A stretch of 51,618 nucleotides of DNA from Alphaproteobacteria bacterium (lineage in GTDB: Bacteria > Pseudomonadota > Alphaproteobacteria > Rs-D84): positions 1 to 51,618 of the forward strand of contig JAFOVN010000030.1 in assembly GCA_017392345.1 (NCBI GenBank), written 5' to 3'. Position 1 is the stretch's first letter; each line of letters begins with the position of its first letter. This document shows, one piece after another, positions 15,489-25,192 of the stretch. A program made the translations under genes and the position numbers. A model generated the notes under the pieces. It was not told the origin of the DNA and ran no database searches. It saw nothing but the letters and a program-made list of their open reading frames with translations.

Positions 15489-16409
15489 ATGAAAAAACAA
15501 ATCAAGAGTGCTTTGCCAACAAAAACCGGAACCAATTTGGTCGCCCCATCGGTCACAGATGACGCGGGATTTGCAAACTATATCCGCACAATTGCGCAAT
15601 TTCCGATACTTTCCGCCGACGAAGAATATGAATATGCGTCCAAATGGGTGAAATCACAGGATAACGATGCGGCGGAAAAATTGTTGGTAAGTCATTTGCG
15701 CCTTGTGGTGTCGGTGGCGTATGATTTTCGAAACTATGGCATTCCGGTCCAAGAATTGGTGGCAAGTGGCAATATGGGATTGATGCAGGCGTTACAGAAA
15801 TTCGACCCGGAAAAGGGCTTTCGGTTTTCCACATATGCGATGTTTTGGATTCGCGCGGAAATTTATGAAACGATTCTAAATAACTGGTCCATTGTGAAAA
15901 TCGGAACTTCGGCAAATCAGAAACGCGTGTTCTTTAACCTGGCGCGGGCCAAGCGTGCATTGGGAATTATGGATGGGAACCTGTCCGAAACGCAGGCCGA
16001 ACAAATCGCAAATTACTTAAGTGTGCCGGCCGAAGATGTTAAACGCATGTCAACGCGAATCGTTGCGCGCGATTTATCGCTAAATGCACCGGCGCGTAAC
16101 ACCGAACAAGATGGCGCGGATATGTTGTCGAACCTGTCTGATTCAAAGACCGATATTGTTGAAAATGTTGAAAGGTCTGAATTTATGCGGCGCGGGTCGG
16201 CGTTGCTTAAAAAACATCTTGCGGATTTGCCAGAACGCGACCGCGAAATATTACGCGCGCGGCGTTTAACCGAACCGGCGTTGACACTGGACGCATTGGC
16301 AAAGAAATATAAAATTTCGCGCGAACGCGTGCGACAAATCGAAGAACGCGCATATAATAAACTGCGCGATGCAATCATAAACGATACGGAAAACACAGAT
16401 GATAAATAA
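15489..16409 (+). CDS. rpoH: RNA polymerase sigma-32 (heat-shock sigma factor)
   Basis: Sigma70 regions 2-4 are present. The RpoH-box-like motif NQKRVFFNLARAKRAL and a region 4 HTH (LDALAKKYKISRERVRQIE) support the call. Confidence 0.85.
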   Translation: MKKQIKSALPTKTGTNLVAPSVTDDAGFANYIRTIAQFPILSADEEYEYASKWVKSQDNDAAEKLLVSHLRLVVSVAYDFRNYGIPVQELVASGNMGLMQALQKFDPEKGFRFSTYAMFWIRAEIYETILNNWSIVKIGTSANQKRVFFNLARAKRALGIMDGNLSETQAEQIANYLSVPAEDVKRMSTRIVARDLSLNAPARNTEQDGADMLSNLSDSKTDIVENVERSEFMRRGSALLKKHLADLPERDREILRARRLTEPALTLDALAKKYKISRERVRQIEERAYNKLRDAIINDTENTDDK

Positions 16410-17427
16410 AATAAAAACCATTTCAATCTTTGCAATTGTTGCGGTGGCCGCGCCAACATGTGGACATGCATTGCATTATCGCGCGGGCGATTTTAATTTC
16501 GCGCTTACCGGATACGGCACCGCCGGAATTATCGAACCAGATTTTAACAAGCCGGACTTCCTTGGCGATTTTGACGTGCGGGCCCAGGCAACGTATGACG
16601 CGTCGCAATCACATATGTTTGGTGCGGTATACAGTATTGACGAAATCGCAATCAACGAAGATGAATATTTTGACGAAGCGTTCGCATTTTGGCAATGGCG
16701 CGGTGTCGGGCGCATGGAAATCGGTCTTACGGATTCGGTTGCGCACAAATTGGGATTGGGATTGCCGGATGTTGGTGGGTTGCGGTTGAACGATGATTCT
16801 TTGGTTTATCGCAAGATGGGGACCGATGGTCCGGTTATTGCAAACCCGGAAACAACATCGGGTTCGGGGTCGCTGCGTTTAAACCTTGTTGCGGCACACG
16901 ATCCGAATTTGCAATACGGTGTTTCGGTGGCGGGCATAACCGGCGACTATAAAATGAATTTGGATGCGGGGATAAAGATAAAAAATTCGTCATCGAAAAC
17001 AAAATATGCTTTGTCATTGGGCGCGTCATTTATCGATTCGCCCGACGGGTATGAAACCGATAGTTTCAGCCCACTTGTCACCGCCGATTGGCGTGGCCAG
17101 GTTGGAATCGGTGCAAATGTTCAATACAACAGTTGGGTTTTCGCACTGACCGGGCGGGCGGTGTATGATAAAAACCCCATTGGCGTGGTATCGGACGGAA
17201 TCGTCATTGGCGGTGGCCTTAGTTATGATGTATTGAATTATACACTGTCGCTGTCGTATTTATTTTCGGAAACGGGAATATGGCACAAATGGACACCGGA
17301 TTATGCCGACCATACGGTTGTTGGGTCTTTTCGATATAAATACAATCGGTATGTCGATGTGTGGTCGTCCGTTGGTATGTCGCGGGAAAATCCGTTCTTG
17401 GCCGCCGGATTACGTGCAACGTTTTAG
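16399..17427 (+). CDS. Outer-membrane beta-barrel (porin-like) protein
   Basis: Signal peptide MINKIKTISIFAIVAVAAPTCGHA, alternating beta-strand pattern and a C-terminal ..GLRATF with terminal Phe. Confidence 0.55.
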   Translation: MINKIKTISIFAIVAVAAPTCGHALHYRAGDFNFALTGYGTAGIIEPDFNKPDFLGDFDVRAQATYDASQSHMFGAVYSIDEIAINEDEYFDEAFAFWQWRGVGRMEIGLTDSVAHKLGLGLPDVGGLRLNDDSLVYRKMGTDGPVIANPETTSGSGSLRLNLVAAHDPNLQYGVSVAGITGDYKMNLDAGIKIKNSSSKTKYALSLGASFIDSPDGYETDSFSPLVTADWRGQVGIGANVQYNSWVFALTGRAVYDKNPIGVVSDGIVIGGGLSYDVLNYTLSLSYLFSETGIWHKWTPDYADHTVVGSFRYKYNRYVDVWSSVGMSRENPFLAAGLRATF

Positions 17428-17439
17428 CAAGGATTTTAT

Positions 17440-17973
17440 ATGAATATCGGGAAAAAAATCATAATTATGGGCGGGTCTTGTTCTGGCAAATCAACAATGG
17501 CACAGAATTTAAGTAAAAAATTTAATTTGCCTGTTGTTTATTTGGATTTGTATGACCCGTATGCCGTTCCGGCGGGGGCGGAACGTGACAAAAGAAAACA
17601 AGAAATAAATCAGGTTATACAAAATACCGTTAAAAAAGACCATTGGATAATTGATGGGATATATGAATGGTATGCGTTCACAGAACGTTTGAACAATGCC
17701 GATACCATGATTTTGTTATTGTCGCCGGCATATAAAAGAATTTGGTGCTATATAAAAACCTGTATCACAAAAACCAAAAGACATGGTCGTGCCGGTTTTT
17801 CCGCAAAAAATTTTCGGTGGGACCATGTTTGGTATATGTTGCGAAAAAAAGACGCCCCATATGATTTGATTAACAAAGCAATCAAAGAACATCCAAAATT
17901 ACAGGTTGTGAAATTAAAATCGCATCAGGAAGCAAATGAATTTTTGAAATCAGCGCAAATAAAGGGGAGATAA
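17440..17973 (+). CDS. P-loop NTPase, adenylate-kinase/FlaR (topology modulation)-like
   Basis: IIIMGGSCSGKSTMAQNLSKKFNLPVVYLD...WIIDGIY...NADTMILLLSP matches the FlaR-like kinase layout. Confidence 0.6.
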   Translation: MNIGKKIIIMGGSCSGKSTMAQNLSKKFNLPVVYLDLYDPYAVPAGAERDKRKQEINQVIQNTVKKDHWIIDGIYEWYAFTERLNNADTMILLLSPAYKRIWCYIKTCITKTKRHGRAGFSAKNFRWDHVWYMLRKKDAPYDLINKAIKEHPKLQVVKLKSHQEANEFLKSAQIKGR

Positions 17974-18025
17974 ACCAACACCGAAAAAATTTTATGACAG
18001 AATGATGATATTTTTGTAATCAAAC

Positions 18026-18055
18026 GGCCACCGAAATCGGTGGCCCTTTTGTTTT
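18026..18055. terminator. Intrinsic terminator between convergent genes
   Basis: GGCCACC-GAAATC-GGTGGCC followed by CTTTTGTTTT. Confidence 0.65.
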
Positions 18056-18073
18056 GGACGAAAACTATTTTGA

Positions 18074-19054
18074 TTATTGCAATTCTTCCAATAACCCTTG
18101 GAATCTTTCAACTGTTTCTGGGTCATTTAATGAAGTTGCAATTTGATATGCGGATTCCAAATCGGACTTTGCCGCCGCCGCATTACCCATACTTAAATTC
18201 AACGCCGCGGATTTTTCAAAATAATTCATCGCGTGCATCGACAGGTCTTCTTTCTGTTCAATTGTTGTTGCACCTTGGATTTGTTCAGAAATCACACGTA
18301 TCGCCGATGTGTAATCATTGACCGCATCCGCATAATTTCCCATCGCGGTGTATGCTTCGGCGCGTTCCGCATACACAGACGGACTAACGATTCCTTCGGG
18401 TCGCGCAAGCGAATTGGTGTAATCTGCAATCGCACCTTCCCAATTTTTCTGCCAAAGGTTTAATTGTCCGCGTTTCGCATATAAATCACGCAATTGCAAA
18501 AATTCGTTCGGATTTGCAACGTATGTTGCAAGTGCGTTGTTTATATCGGTCATCGCAGATTCAAAATCTTCCAAACGGGTGTTCAACAAAGAACGGTCAT
18601 AATATGCAACCGAATTTTGCGGGTCCATTTCAATCGCCGCGTTAAAATCATTTAATGCCGCACTGTAATTTCCCGATTGCATATACGCCTCGCCACGCAA
18701 GATATATGCCGAAACCATATTGCCGTCGGTTGTTATCGCCGATGTTAAATCCGCAATCGCACCGTCCAAGTTGCCCGCCAAGATTTCGTTCTTGCCGTTG
18801 TTATAGTAATCGTTCGCACGCATTAAAACCTCTTCGGCGATACCGTTTTTCAATCCGCCACGCGGTTCAGATGTAAACTGGCTGCGTCCAAGGATAAAGA
18901 AAGTTGCCGCGATAAAAAACAAAATTATAAACCAATAAACGTAAATCGACATTGACCAAGACGACGCGCCATTCGTGCGATGTGGTGTTTTCACATTCAC
19001 GCTGCGCGTCGCGGCTGATTTGGCTTTCGTGGGTTTTGTGGTTTTCTTTTTCAT
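18074..19054 (-). CDS. Membrane-anchored TPR-repeat protein
   Basis: N-terminal TM helix (IYVYWFIILFFIAATFFIL), then multiple 34-aa TPR-like units (A..D...AI..DP.N..AYY.R). Confidence 0.65.
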   Translation of the reverse strand: MKKKTTKPTKAKSAATRSVNVKTPHRTNGASSWSMSIYVYWFIILFFIAATFFILGRSQFTSEPRGGLKNGIAEEVLMRANDYYNNGKNEILAGNLDGAIADLTSAITTDGNMVSAYILRGEAYMQSGNYSAALNDFNAAIEMDPQNSVAYYDRSLLNTRLEDFESAMTDINNALATYVANPNEFLQLRDLYAKRGQLNLWQKNWEGAIADYTNSLARPEGIVSPSVYAERAEAYTAMGNYADAVNDYTSAIRVISEQIQGATTIEQKEDLSMHAMNYFEKSAALNLSMGNAAAAKSDLESAYQIATSLNDPETVERFQGLLEELQ

Positions 19055-19081
19055 GTGAATTCTCCCTTCCTTATGTTGTGA

Positions 19082-19783
19082 TTATAGATAAGTTTTAATA
19101 AAGTCGTCAACGGTTTTTTTATCCAATTTAACAATTTTTCCGGTCGGGATATTTTTCAAACTTATCGGGCCGTATTCAACACGGTGCAAAGTCCGCACCG
19201 GCAGGCCACAATACTTTAACACAATGCGGATTTCATTCTTTTTACCTTCGGTCACGGTCACACGCAATTTTTTGTCGCGCGTAATTTCAATTTTCATCGG
19301 GCGATAATGTATTCCGTCGATTGTTATGCCTTGGCGTGCCTTGTCCAATCGCGACATATTGTTGCCCGCGACATCGGCGATATAGACACGCGGAATGTTT
19401 GCACTTGGTGCGGTCAATTTCCGCGCAAGCAATCCGTCATTTGTCATAAGCAACAAACCCGTCGTTTTGAAATCAAGTCGCCCAACATAACGCAAATTGC
19501 GGTATTCGCGTGGCAATATATCGTAAATAGTATTGCGCCCGCGCGGGTCATGCGTTGTTGTCATTGTGCCAATTGGTTTATGAAATGCGTAAAGTTCGGT
19601 GTCTGTGCGTGGTTCAATTTTTTTACCGTTCACAATAATTTCGTCCGTGTCATCAACAAACATAACCGGCGTTGTTGCCACCGTGCCGTTCACGGTGACA
19701 TGACCGTCCGCAATCATTTGTTCCGCACCGCGGCGTGATGTTATGCCGGCATCGGCAATAAATTTTGCAATTCGTATTTTCAT
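19082..19783 (-). CDS. Pseudouridine synthase, RsuA/RluB family (S4 domain plus catalytic domain)
   Basis: The S4 N-terminus is RIAKFIADAGITSRRGAEQMIADGHVTVNG. The motif GRLDFKTTGLLLMTNDG contains the catalytic Asp. Confidence 0.8.
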   Translation of the reverse strand: MKIRIAKFIADAGITSRRGAEQMIADGHVTVNGTVATTPVMFVDDTDEIIVNGKKIEPRTDTELYAFHKPIGTMTTTHDPRGRNTIYDILPREYRNLRYVGRLDFKTTGLLLMTNDGLLARKLTAPSANIPRVYIADVAGNNMSRLDKARQGITIDGIHYRPMKIEITRDKKLRVTVTEGKKNEIRIVLKYCGLPVRTLHRVEYGPISLKNIPTGKIVKLDKKTVDDFIKTYL

Positions 19784-20439
19784 TTTCTTATTTTCTCTAT
19801 GGCTATGACCGCGGCGACTTCGGCGCGCAAAATTGTTTTCCCAAGTGACACCGGCACCGCGCCCGCACTGTCCAGTGCCGCAAATTCCGCATCAGAAAAA
19901 CCACCTTCGGGCCCGACAAGAATCGCGTTTGCGGTTGCCGGAATTTTTGGTGCGGTTTTATCATCGTATGCAAACCTTTCGTCCGCGAAACAAAGCGATG
20001 ATAAATCAAGTTCGGCAAATTTTATCGGCATGGCGATTTCGGGAACACTGTTGCAATTTGATTGTTCGGCGGATTCAATCGCGATTTTTTGCATACGTGC
20101 CCAATTCACATGATGATTCACCGTGCGTTCGGTTATAACCGGCACAAAGCGTTTAATTCCCATTTGCGTTGCCATCGCAATCAAATCATCGGTGCGTTTT
20201 ATCGGCGCAAAGTAAAGCGTGACATCAGACACGACATCTGCGCGACCTGTATCCGCACCCACCGTTATGCTTTTTCCGTCCGCGTTCAGTTCCGCATTAA
20301 ATTCATGACCAAATCCAAAAACAATACATTTGCTTGTGCGCATAACATGCGACAAATAGTGCGCCACCGATTTATCCGCCGGAAATGTGTCGCCGGTTTT
20401 GATTTTATGGTCGATAAAAATGCGCGGAATGTTTTTCAT
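19780..20439 (-). CDS. rsmE: 16S rRNA (uracil1498-N3)-methyltransferase RsmE
   Basis: The N-terminus MKNIPRIFID.. matches the typical RsmE start. The C-terminal ..LVGPEGGFSDAEF......VSLGKTILRAEVAA is the SPOUT knot motif. The start is set at 20439. Confidence 0.75.
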   Translation of the reverse strand: MKNIPRIFIDHKIKTGDTFPADKSVAHYLSHVMRTSKCIVFGFGHEFNAELNADGKSITVGADTGRADVVSDVTLYFAPIKRTDDLIAMATQMGIKRFVPVITERTVNHHVNWARMQKIAIESAEQSNCNSVPEIAMPIKFAELDLSSLCFADERFAYDDKTAPKIPATANAILVGPEGGFSDAEFAALDSAGAVPVSLGKTILRAEVAAVIAIEKIRK

Positions 20440-20496
20440 ATAATTTTTGTTTCCATGCTTTATTGTTTTGGTTTTTTCTGATATAATCATAGCACG

Positions 20497-22740
20497 ATGG
20501 TTCAAAAGTTCAAGATTTTATCTGCGGGCAAAGACAGCAAGGGTTTGAATATATTCAAATCATCTGCGTATAAAGAACACGAACAAACCCCCATGGCCCA
20601 GGTTTTTTGGGCGCTGCGTTGGTCGGTTGGCGTGTGGTTGGTATGCGCGTTGGTGTTTTGCTTTTCGTTTTTGTTCGAACATTTGTGGCGATATGGTTGG
20701 TCACCGGCAACCGCAAATTGGATGAAAATCTATTTAATCAATATGGTTCAAAGCGCGGGCCTGTCGGTCATCGCGGAAATTCCGTATTGGGTTTTGCGCT
20801 GTTTGATGCACCCGGATTTTATGTGTATTGTGCCACTGATTCCGGTGTTGGCGTATTACCTGTTGGTGGATGACACATTAAAGGGTGAATTTAACCCGCA
20901 CGGCAAGGATAAATTTGATAAAAAATCTTCACGCGAAGCGAACGAGGCGGATGTAAAGGCAATGGGGCTGTTCGACGGGTTTATGATGGTACTTGGGTAT
21001 TTCAAAAAGAAACCGTTAAAATTACCAAAAACATTGTCGGTTTTATGTCTTGCCCCCCCGGGAACCGGTAAAACCCAAGGCATAGTATTGCCAACAATTT
21101 TTGAATGTGATAAGGTATCAATGATTATAAACGACCCCAAACCCGAATTGGATTCAAAGTCCAGTGGTTATCGTTCAACAATTGGACCGGTGTTCATTAT
21201 GGATTGGGGCGGCCAAGATGAACCGGAAAAGGGTATTTATTATCCGTCTTGGAATCCGCTTTCGCCGGGGCACATACCGTTTAGTACCGAACAACGCGAA
21301 TTGTATGTCGATTATATTTGCGACGTGTTGGTTCCCGATGCCACGGGCAGCAGTGCCGACCCACACTGGACCCAATCGGGGCGCGCGGGGCTTGCCGGGT
21401 TTATTCAGTTTATAGTTTCAAAAATTGAACGCGCCAAGGCGGACGATTATTTCTATGGCAGACTTCAATCCGGAACATTTGATGCCGAAGATGCCGCCGT
21501 TTTGTCCGATTATTACTTTTCAATGGTAAATGACCCAAATGCCTTTGCCGCACAGGGGCTTATTAAAAACGGCGAATTAAACGCGATGAATTATGTTCAT
21601 ATTGGTTCGTGGGCAAACATACCGCAAATGTGGCTTGGCAAAGAGGCATCGTTTTCCATGATGCTGGATTGGATTACGGAGGCGCAGATTGCCGTCGCCG
21701 CGAATTTGGCGGAACGCCAAAAGCAAGGCGACCAAACCGTTATGATGGCGGACCCAATGAAAGATTGGTTGGAATCCGCGGTTGCCGAATGTCGCGCGTT
21801 TGCATATTCAAATCGTGCGGTTGCGGAACTTACAAAATTGGCCAACACACCGGCAACCGAACGCGGGTCAATTCTTTCAACAATTCTGACGGGACTTGCG
21901 ATTTTCCGTAATGCCGCCGTGCGTAATCGAACATCACATTCCGACTTTCATTTTGCCGATATGCGCGGAATGATTGACCCACGCGACGGAAAAATGAAGC
22001 CGGTGACGGTTTACCTGTCCATCAATATGGTTGATGCCAAGGCGTTAAACCCAATTACCGCGATGTTTATTGAAACGATGTCGAATTTCTTGCTTGCCAA
22101 TCCGCCGGAACACGTGGGGCGCAGTGGCGAAAAAATGGGCCCGTATCCGGTGTTATTCTTGCTTGATGAAATGCCGAAAATGCAAAAGATGCAGGCGGTT
22201 ATCCAAGGGCCCGATGTTGGTCGTGGTCAACAAATATCATATCTGTTTATTGGCCAGGATTTACACCAAATTGCCGAAAAATATGGTGCAGATGCCGCCG
22301 CGACAATTATATCAACAACCGCGGCCAAGGTTGTGTTGCGACAAAATGACCCGGATACCGCAAAACGTTTTTCGGAAATGATGGGAACAAAAATAACAAT
22401 GAAAAAAGAAAAAGGTCCCGACGGCAAAGAGGTGGAAGTTCCAAAAACAGAACCATTATTTAGTGAATATGACATTATGAAATTGAAAGACGCCAAGGGC
22501 GAAAAACCTGGTGAAGAACTTATTATTTATGAAGGTTGGTATCATCGTCCTATCAAAGGCGAATTGCGAATGGCCTTTGCCGATCCAAGGTTAGCGCCAC
22601 TAATAAAAATGGGACGGTCGTCGCCGTTGCCAGAGTTCCTTATACCGATGCATCATGCGATTTTGGAATACAATGGAAATCCGCGCTATTACAATCCGCA
22701 AACAAATGAATTGAAAGAATTGTCGCCTGTGGTAAAATAA
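20497..22740 (+). CDS. Type IV secretion/conjugation coupling protein, VirD4/TraG family
   Basis: N-terminal TM helices, Walker A in LCLAPPGTGKTQGIVLPTI followed by NDPKPEL, Walker B in VLFLLDEMPKM, and the downstream motif GQDLHQIAEKYG. Confidence 0.8.
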   Translation: MVQKFKILSAGKDSKGLNIFKSSAYKEHEQTPMAQVFWALRWSVGVWLVCALVFCFSFLFEHLWRYGWSPATANWMKIYLINMVQSAGLSVIAEIPYWVLRCLMHPDFMCIVPLIPVLAYYLLVDDTLKGEFNPHGKDKFDKKSSREANEADVKAMGLFDGFMMVLGYFKKKPLKLPKTLSVLCLAPPGTGKTQGIVLPTIFECDKVSMIINDPKPELDSKSSGYRSTIGPVFIMDWGGQDEPEKGIYYPSWNPLSPGHIPFSTEQRELYVDYICDVLVPDATGSSADPHWTQSGRAGLAGFIQFIVSKIERAKADDYFYGRLQSGTFDAEDAAVLSDYYFSMVNDPNAFAAQGLIKNGELNAMNYVHIGSWANIPQMWLGKEASFSMMLDWITEAQIAVAANLAERQKQGDQTVMMADPMKDWLESAVAECRAFAYSNRAVAELTKLANTPATERGSILSTILTGLAIFRNAAVRNRTSHSDFHFADMRGMIDPRDGKMKPVTVYLSINMVDAKALNPITAMFIETMSNFLLANPPEHVGRSGEKMGPYPVLFLLDEMPKMQKMQAVIQGPDVGRGQQISYLFIGQDLHQIAEKYGADAAATIISTTAAKVVLRQNDPDTAKRFSEMMGTKITMKKEKGPDGKEVEVPKTEPLFSEYDIMKLKDAKGEKPGEELIIYEGWYHRPIKGELRMAFADPRLAPLIKMGRSSPLPEFLIPMHHAILEYNGNPRYYNPQTNELKELSPVVK

Positions 22741-22746
22741 AGTGAC

Positions 22747-23964
22747 ATGTTGAAAATTTTACGCTTTTTATTGGTCGGTGTTTTGCTTGCCGCGTGCAGT
22801 ATGGCGGTGGAATCACGGCTTGATTTGGTGCGTGGGAATTATATGACGACCGCCGCCGCGCATGACGACGGCGATGGGAATCTTGATTTACTGATTGGTG
22901 CCGATAAAAAGTTTCATGATGGCGATATTGCCGGCGCGGATGCGATGTATGAAAAATTTAACCAGAAAAACAAAGATGTCACATCGGGCGATTTTTGGCG
23001 CGAAGCGGCGAACTTTGCATTTGGTGCAAACGCAAATGATTATCGGCCGTTTATGATGGACACGTTGTTTGTTTCTTACTATCAATTGTGGGCGGCGATT
23101 GCGGACGGTCGATTGAACGACGCACGCGTAATTATCAACCAATCGTATGCGCGACAACAAGATATGTCGGTCGCGTATAAAAAACTTATCGAATCAACAC
23201 GGGACGAAATTGCAAAGCACACGGAAATTGCCGATAAAATCGAACAGTGGACCGCATATCGTGATATTATGAATCCGGCGTTGATGTATTTGTCGGGTAT
23301 TTATTTCCTTACCACTGGCGATTTTAATGATGCAACAACATATTTGGAACGCGCGCATGGCATGGTGCCGGAAAATAATTTTGTTGTTGATGATTTGAAC
23401 CTTGCACGCGCAAAGCAAAAACCAAAAAACACTGTTTGGATTTTTATCGAAGATGGGTTTGCGCCGAAACTAACCGAACACCGCACAAGTTTACCACTGT
23501 TGATGCCAAACGGGCTGTCGTGGGTGACGATTGCAACATCGCAACCGATTTTGTTGAATGGTGCAACAACGATTGATGGTGCGGAACAAATTGCAAATGT
23601 CGATGCAATGTTCATGACGGAATACAACGAATACCACACTAACGAAGTCCTGCGTGCATTCACATCCGCGGCGGGACGAACGGCGTTGCAAACAACGATG
23701 TATAATTCGAATTCTGATGCGGCACCGTTGCTTGGGCTGTTATCCTTGATTTATTCCGAAGCAACCACGAATGCCGAAGTGCGAACATGGGCGACACTGC
23801 CGAAAACCATATCGGTATTGCGTGCGACGAATAATGGCTTGATTGAATTGCGGTCGCATGGTAATGTTGTGGCAAGGGTTGATTTGCCGCGCGATGGAAA
23901 TTATTTGGTCTATGTCCGTTTGGCGGACGGTCGGCAAGATATAAAACCAATGAAAACAAAATAA
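22747..23964 (+). CDS. Lipoprotein of unknown function (405 aa; helical/TPR-like N-terminal half, possibly COG3014-like)
   Basis: Lipobox LLAAC. It starts 6 nt after the T4CP stop and ends 18 nt before the next gene. The family assignment is from memory only. Confidence 0.45.
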   Translation: MLKILRFLLVGVLLAACSMAVESRLDLVRGNYMTTAAAHDDGDGNLDLLIGADKKFHDGDIAGADAMYEKFNQKNKDVTSGDFWREAANFAFGANANDYRPFMMDTLFVSYYQLWAAIADGRLNDARVIINQSYARQQDMSVAYKKLIESTRDEIAKHTEIADKIEQWTAYRDIMNPALMYLSGIYFLTTGDFNDATTYLERAHGMVPENNFVVDDLNLARAKQKPKNTVWIFIEDGFAPKLTEHRTSLPLLMPNGLSWVTIATSQPILLNGATTIDGAEQIANVDAMFMTEYNEYHTNEVLRAFTSAAGRTALQTTMYNSNSDAAPLLGLLSLIYSEATTNAEVRTWATLPKTISVLRATNNGLIELRSHGNVVARVDLPRDGNYLVYVRLADGRQDIKPMKTK

Positions 23965-23982
23965 AAACCAAAGGGGGAAAAT

Positions 23983-24600
23983 ATGAAAAAACTTTTACCG
24001 ATTGCGCTCTGTGCCGCGCTGGTTGGATGTGGCGAAGTGCGTGTTGTTGATTTGAACGATGCAACAGAGGTTGCCGATATGCAACACGTGATGGAATTGG
24101 AATATCGCGATTGGACCGAAACGGCCGAAGCGATGACTAAATCTATGTTGGCAAGTAATGTGTTCGCGCGCGTGAAAAATCCGGTAATTGGAATCGGCGA
24201 AATCAAGAACGACACCATGCAACGGTTTGACACGGATATTTTGGTTAAAAAAATTCGTATGACACTTATCAATTCCGGTCGCGCACAAATTTCAACCGCA
24301 TTTGAAAATAACGCCCCGTCCGAAGATACATCGACCTATGCGGTGCGCGCGGCGCGTGGCGACGACGAATATGATGGGTCAACAATTGTAAGCAAGGGAA
24401 CATTGGTTGCGCCGAATATGTCACTTTCGGGGAAAATGATTCAACGCAATATGAAATTGCAATCGGGGTGGTTTTCGTCGGTTGATTCGCGTGTAGAATA
24501 CTATTTGCAAATGACACTTACCGATATCAAAACCGGACTTTCCGTGTGGGAAGACGAACGCCCAATTGTCAAAGAAGGCGACCATGCGCCAACATGGTAA
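23983..24600 (+). CDS. LpoB-like (COG3417) outer-membrane lipoprotein
   Basis: Lipobox LVGC. The layout DW.ETAEAM..SML......IGIGEIKNDT....DTDILVKKIRMTLINSGRAQ ... YYLQMTLTDIKTGLSVWE parallels LpoB-type proteins. Confidence 0.55.
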   Translation: MKKLLPIALCAALVGCGEVRVVDLNDATEVADMQHVMELEYRDWTETAEAMTKSMLASNVFARVKNPVIGIGEIKNDTMQRFDTDILVKKIRMTLINSGRAQISTAFENNAPSEDTSTYAVRAARGDDEYDGSTIVSKGTLVAPNMSLSGKMIQRNMKLQSGWFSSVDSRVEYYLQMTLTDIKTGLSVWEDERPIVKEGDHAPTW

Positions 24601-24626
24601 ATTCGGAATTTGTTCTTGTGTATTTA

Positions 24627-24652
24627 CCCCGGTTGGCCGGGGTATTATTTTT
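24627..24652 (+). terminator. Intrinsic terminator after the T4CP-lipoprotein operon
   Basis: CCCCGG-TTGG-CCGGGG followed by TATTATTTTT. Confidence 0.7.
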
Positions 24653-24654
24653 AT

Positions 24655-25137
24655 ATGAAAAACTATTTTTGGCGTTCAATTATTTTGGGTATGCATGATG
24701 CGTTGGTTTCGACGCTGGGGCTGATTACGGGATTGGTGTTCGCATCCGCCGAACATTCAGTGGTTGTTTTGACGGGCGTTATTGCATCGGTTGCGGCGGG
24801 ACTTTCCATGGCGGCATCAGAATATTTGGCGGCGCGCACAAATGGCGACACGGACTTTGCAATATGGCAAGGTTTGGCAACCGGCGCGGCGTATGTGTTC
24901 ACCGCCGGAATGTTGCTGGTGCCGTTTATATTTATTGTGAATCCTTTTTTGGCATTGGGCATGACATATGTTGTCGCGATATCGGTTATATTTTTCTTTA
25001 ACTATGTAAAATCGCGCCTGTGCCACGAAGATTTTTGGCCACGATTTTTTGAAATGCTGACCATATGCGGGGTTGTGACCGTCACGGCATTTCTAATCGG
25101 CGAAGCCGCAAAATTTTTCTTTGGCGTGGAAATTTAA
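24655..25137 (+). CDS. VIT1/CCC1-family iron/manganese transporter
   Basis: ..GMHDALVSTLGLITGL.. and ..AGLSMAASEYLAA.. motifs with hydrophobic helices. The start is set at 24655, after the terminator. Confidence 0.7.
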   Translation: MKNYFWRSIILGMHDALVSTLGLITGLVFASAEHSVVVLTGVIASVAAGLSMAASEYLAARTNGDTDFAIWQGLATGAAYVFTAGMLLVPFIFIVNPFLALGMTYVVAISVIFFFNYVKSRLCHEDFWPRFFEMLTICGVVTVTAFLIGEAAKFFFGVEI

Positions 25138-25166
25138 ATTGTGCAACACCGCGAATGCGGGCGGTT

Positions 25167-25192
25167 CACTAAACACTAACACTGACCACTAA
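25167..25192 (-). repeat. TTAGTG-type tract starting at the fabZ stop codon
   Basis: Minus strand: CAA ATT TAG TGGTCAGTGTTAGTGTTTAGTG. Confidence 0.8.
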
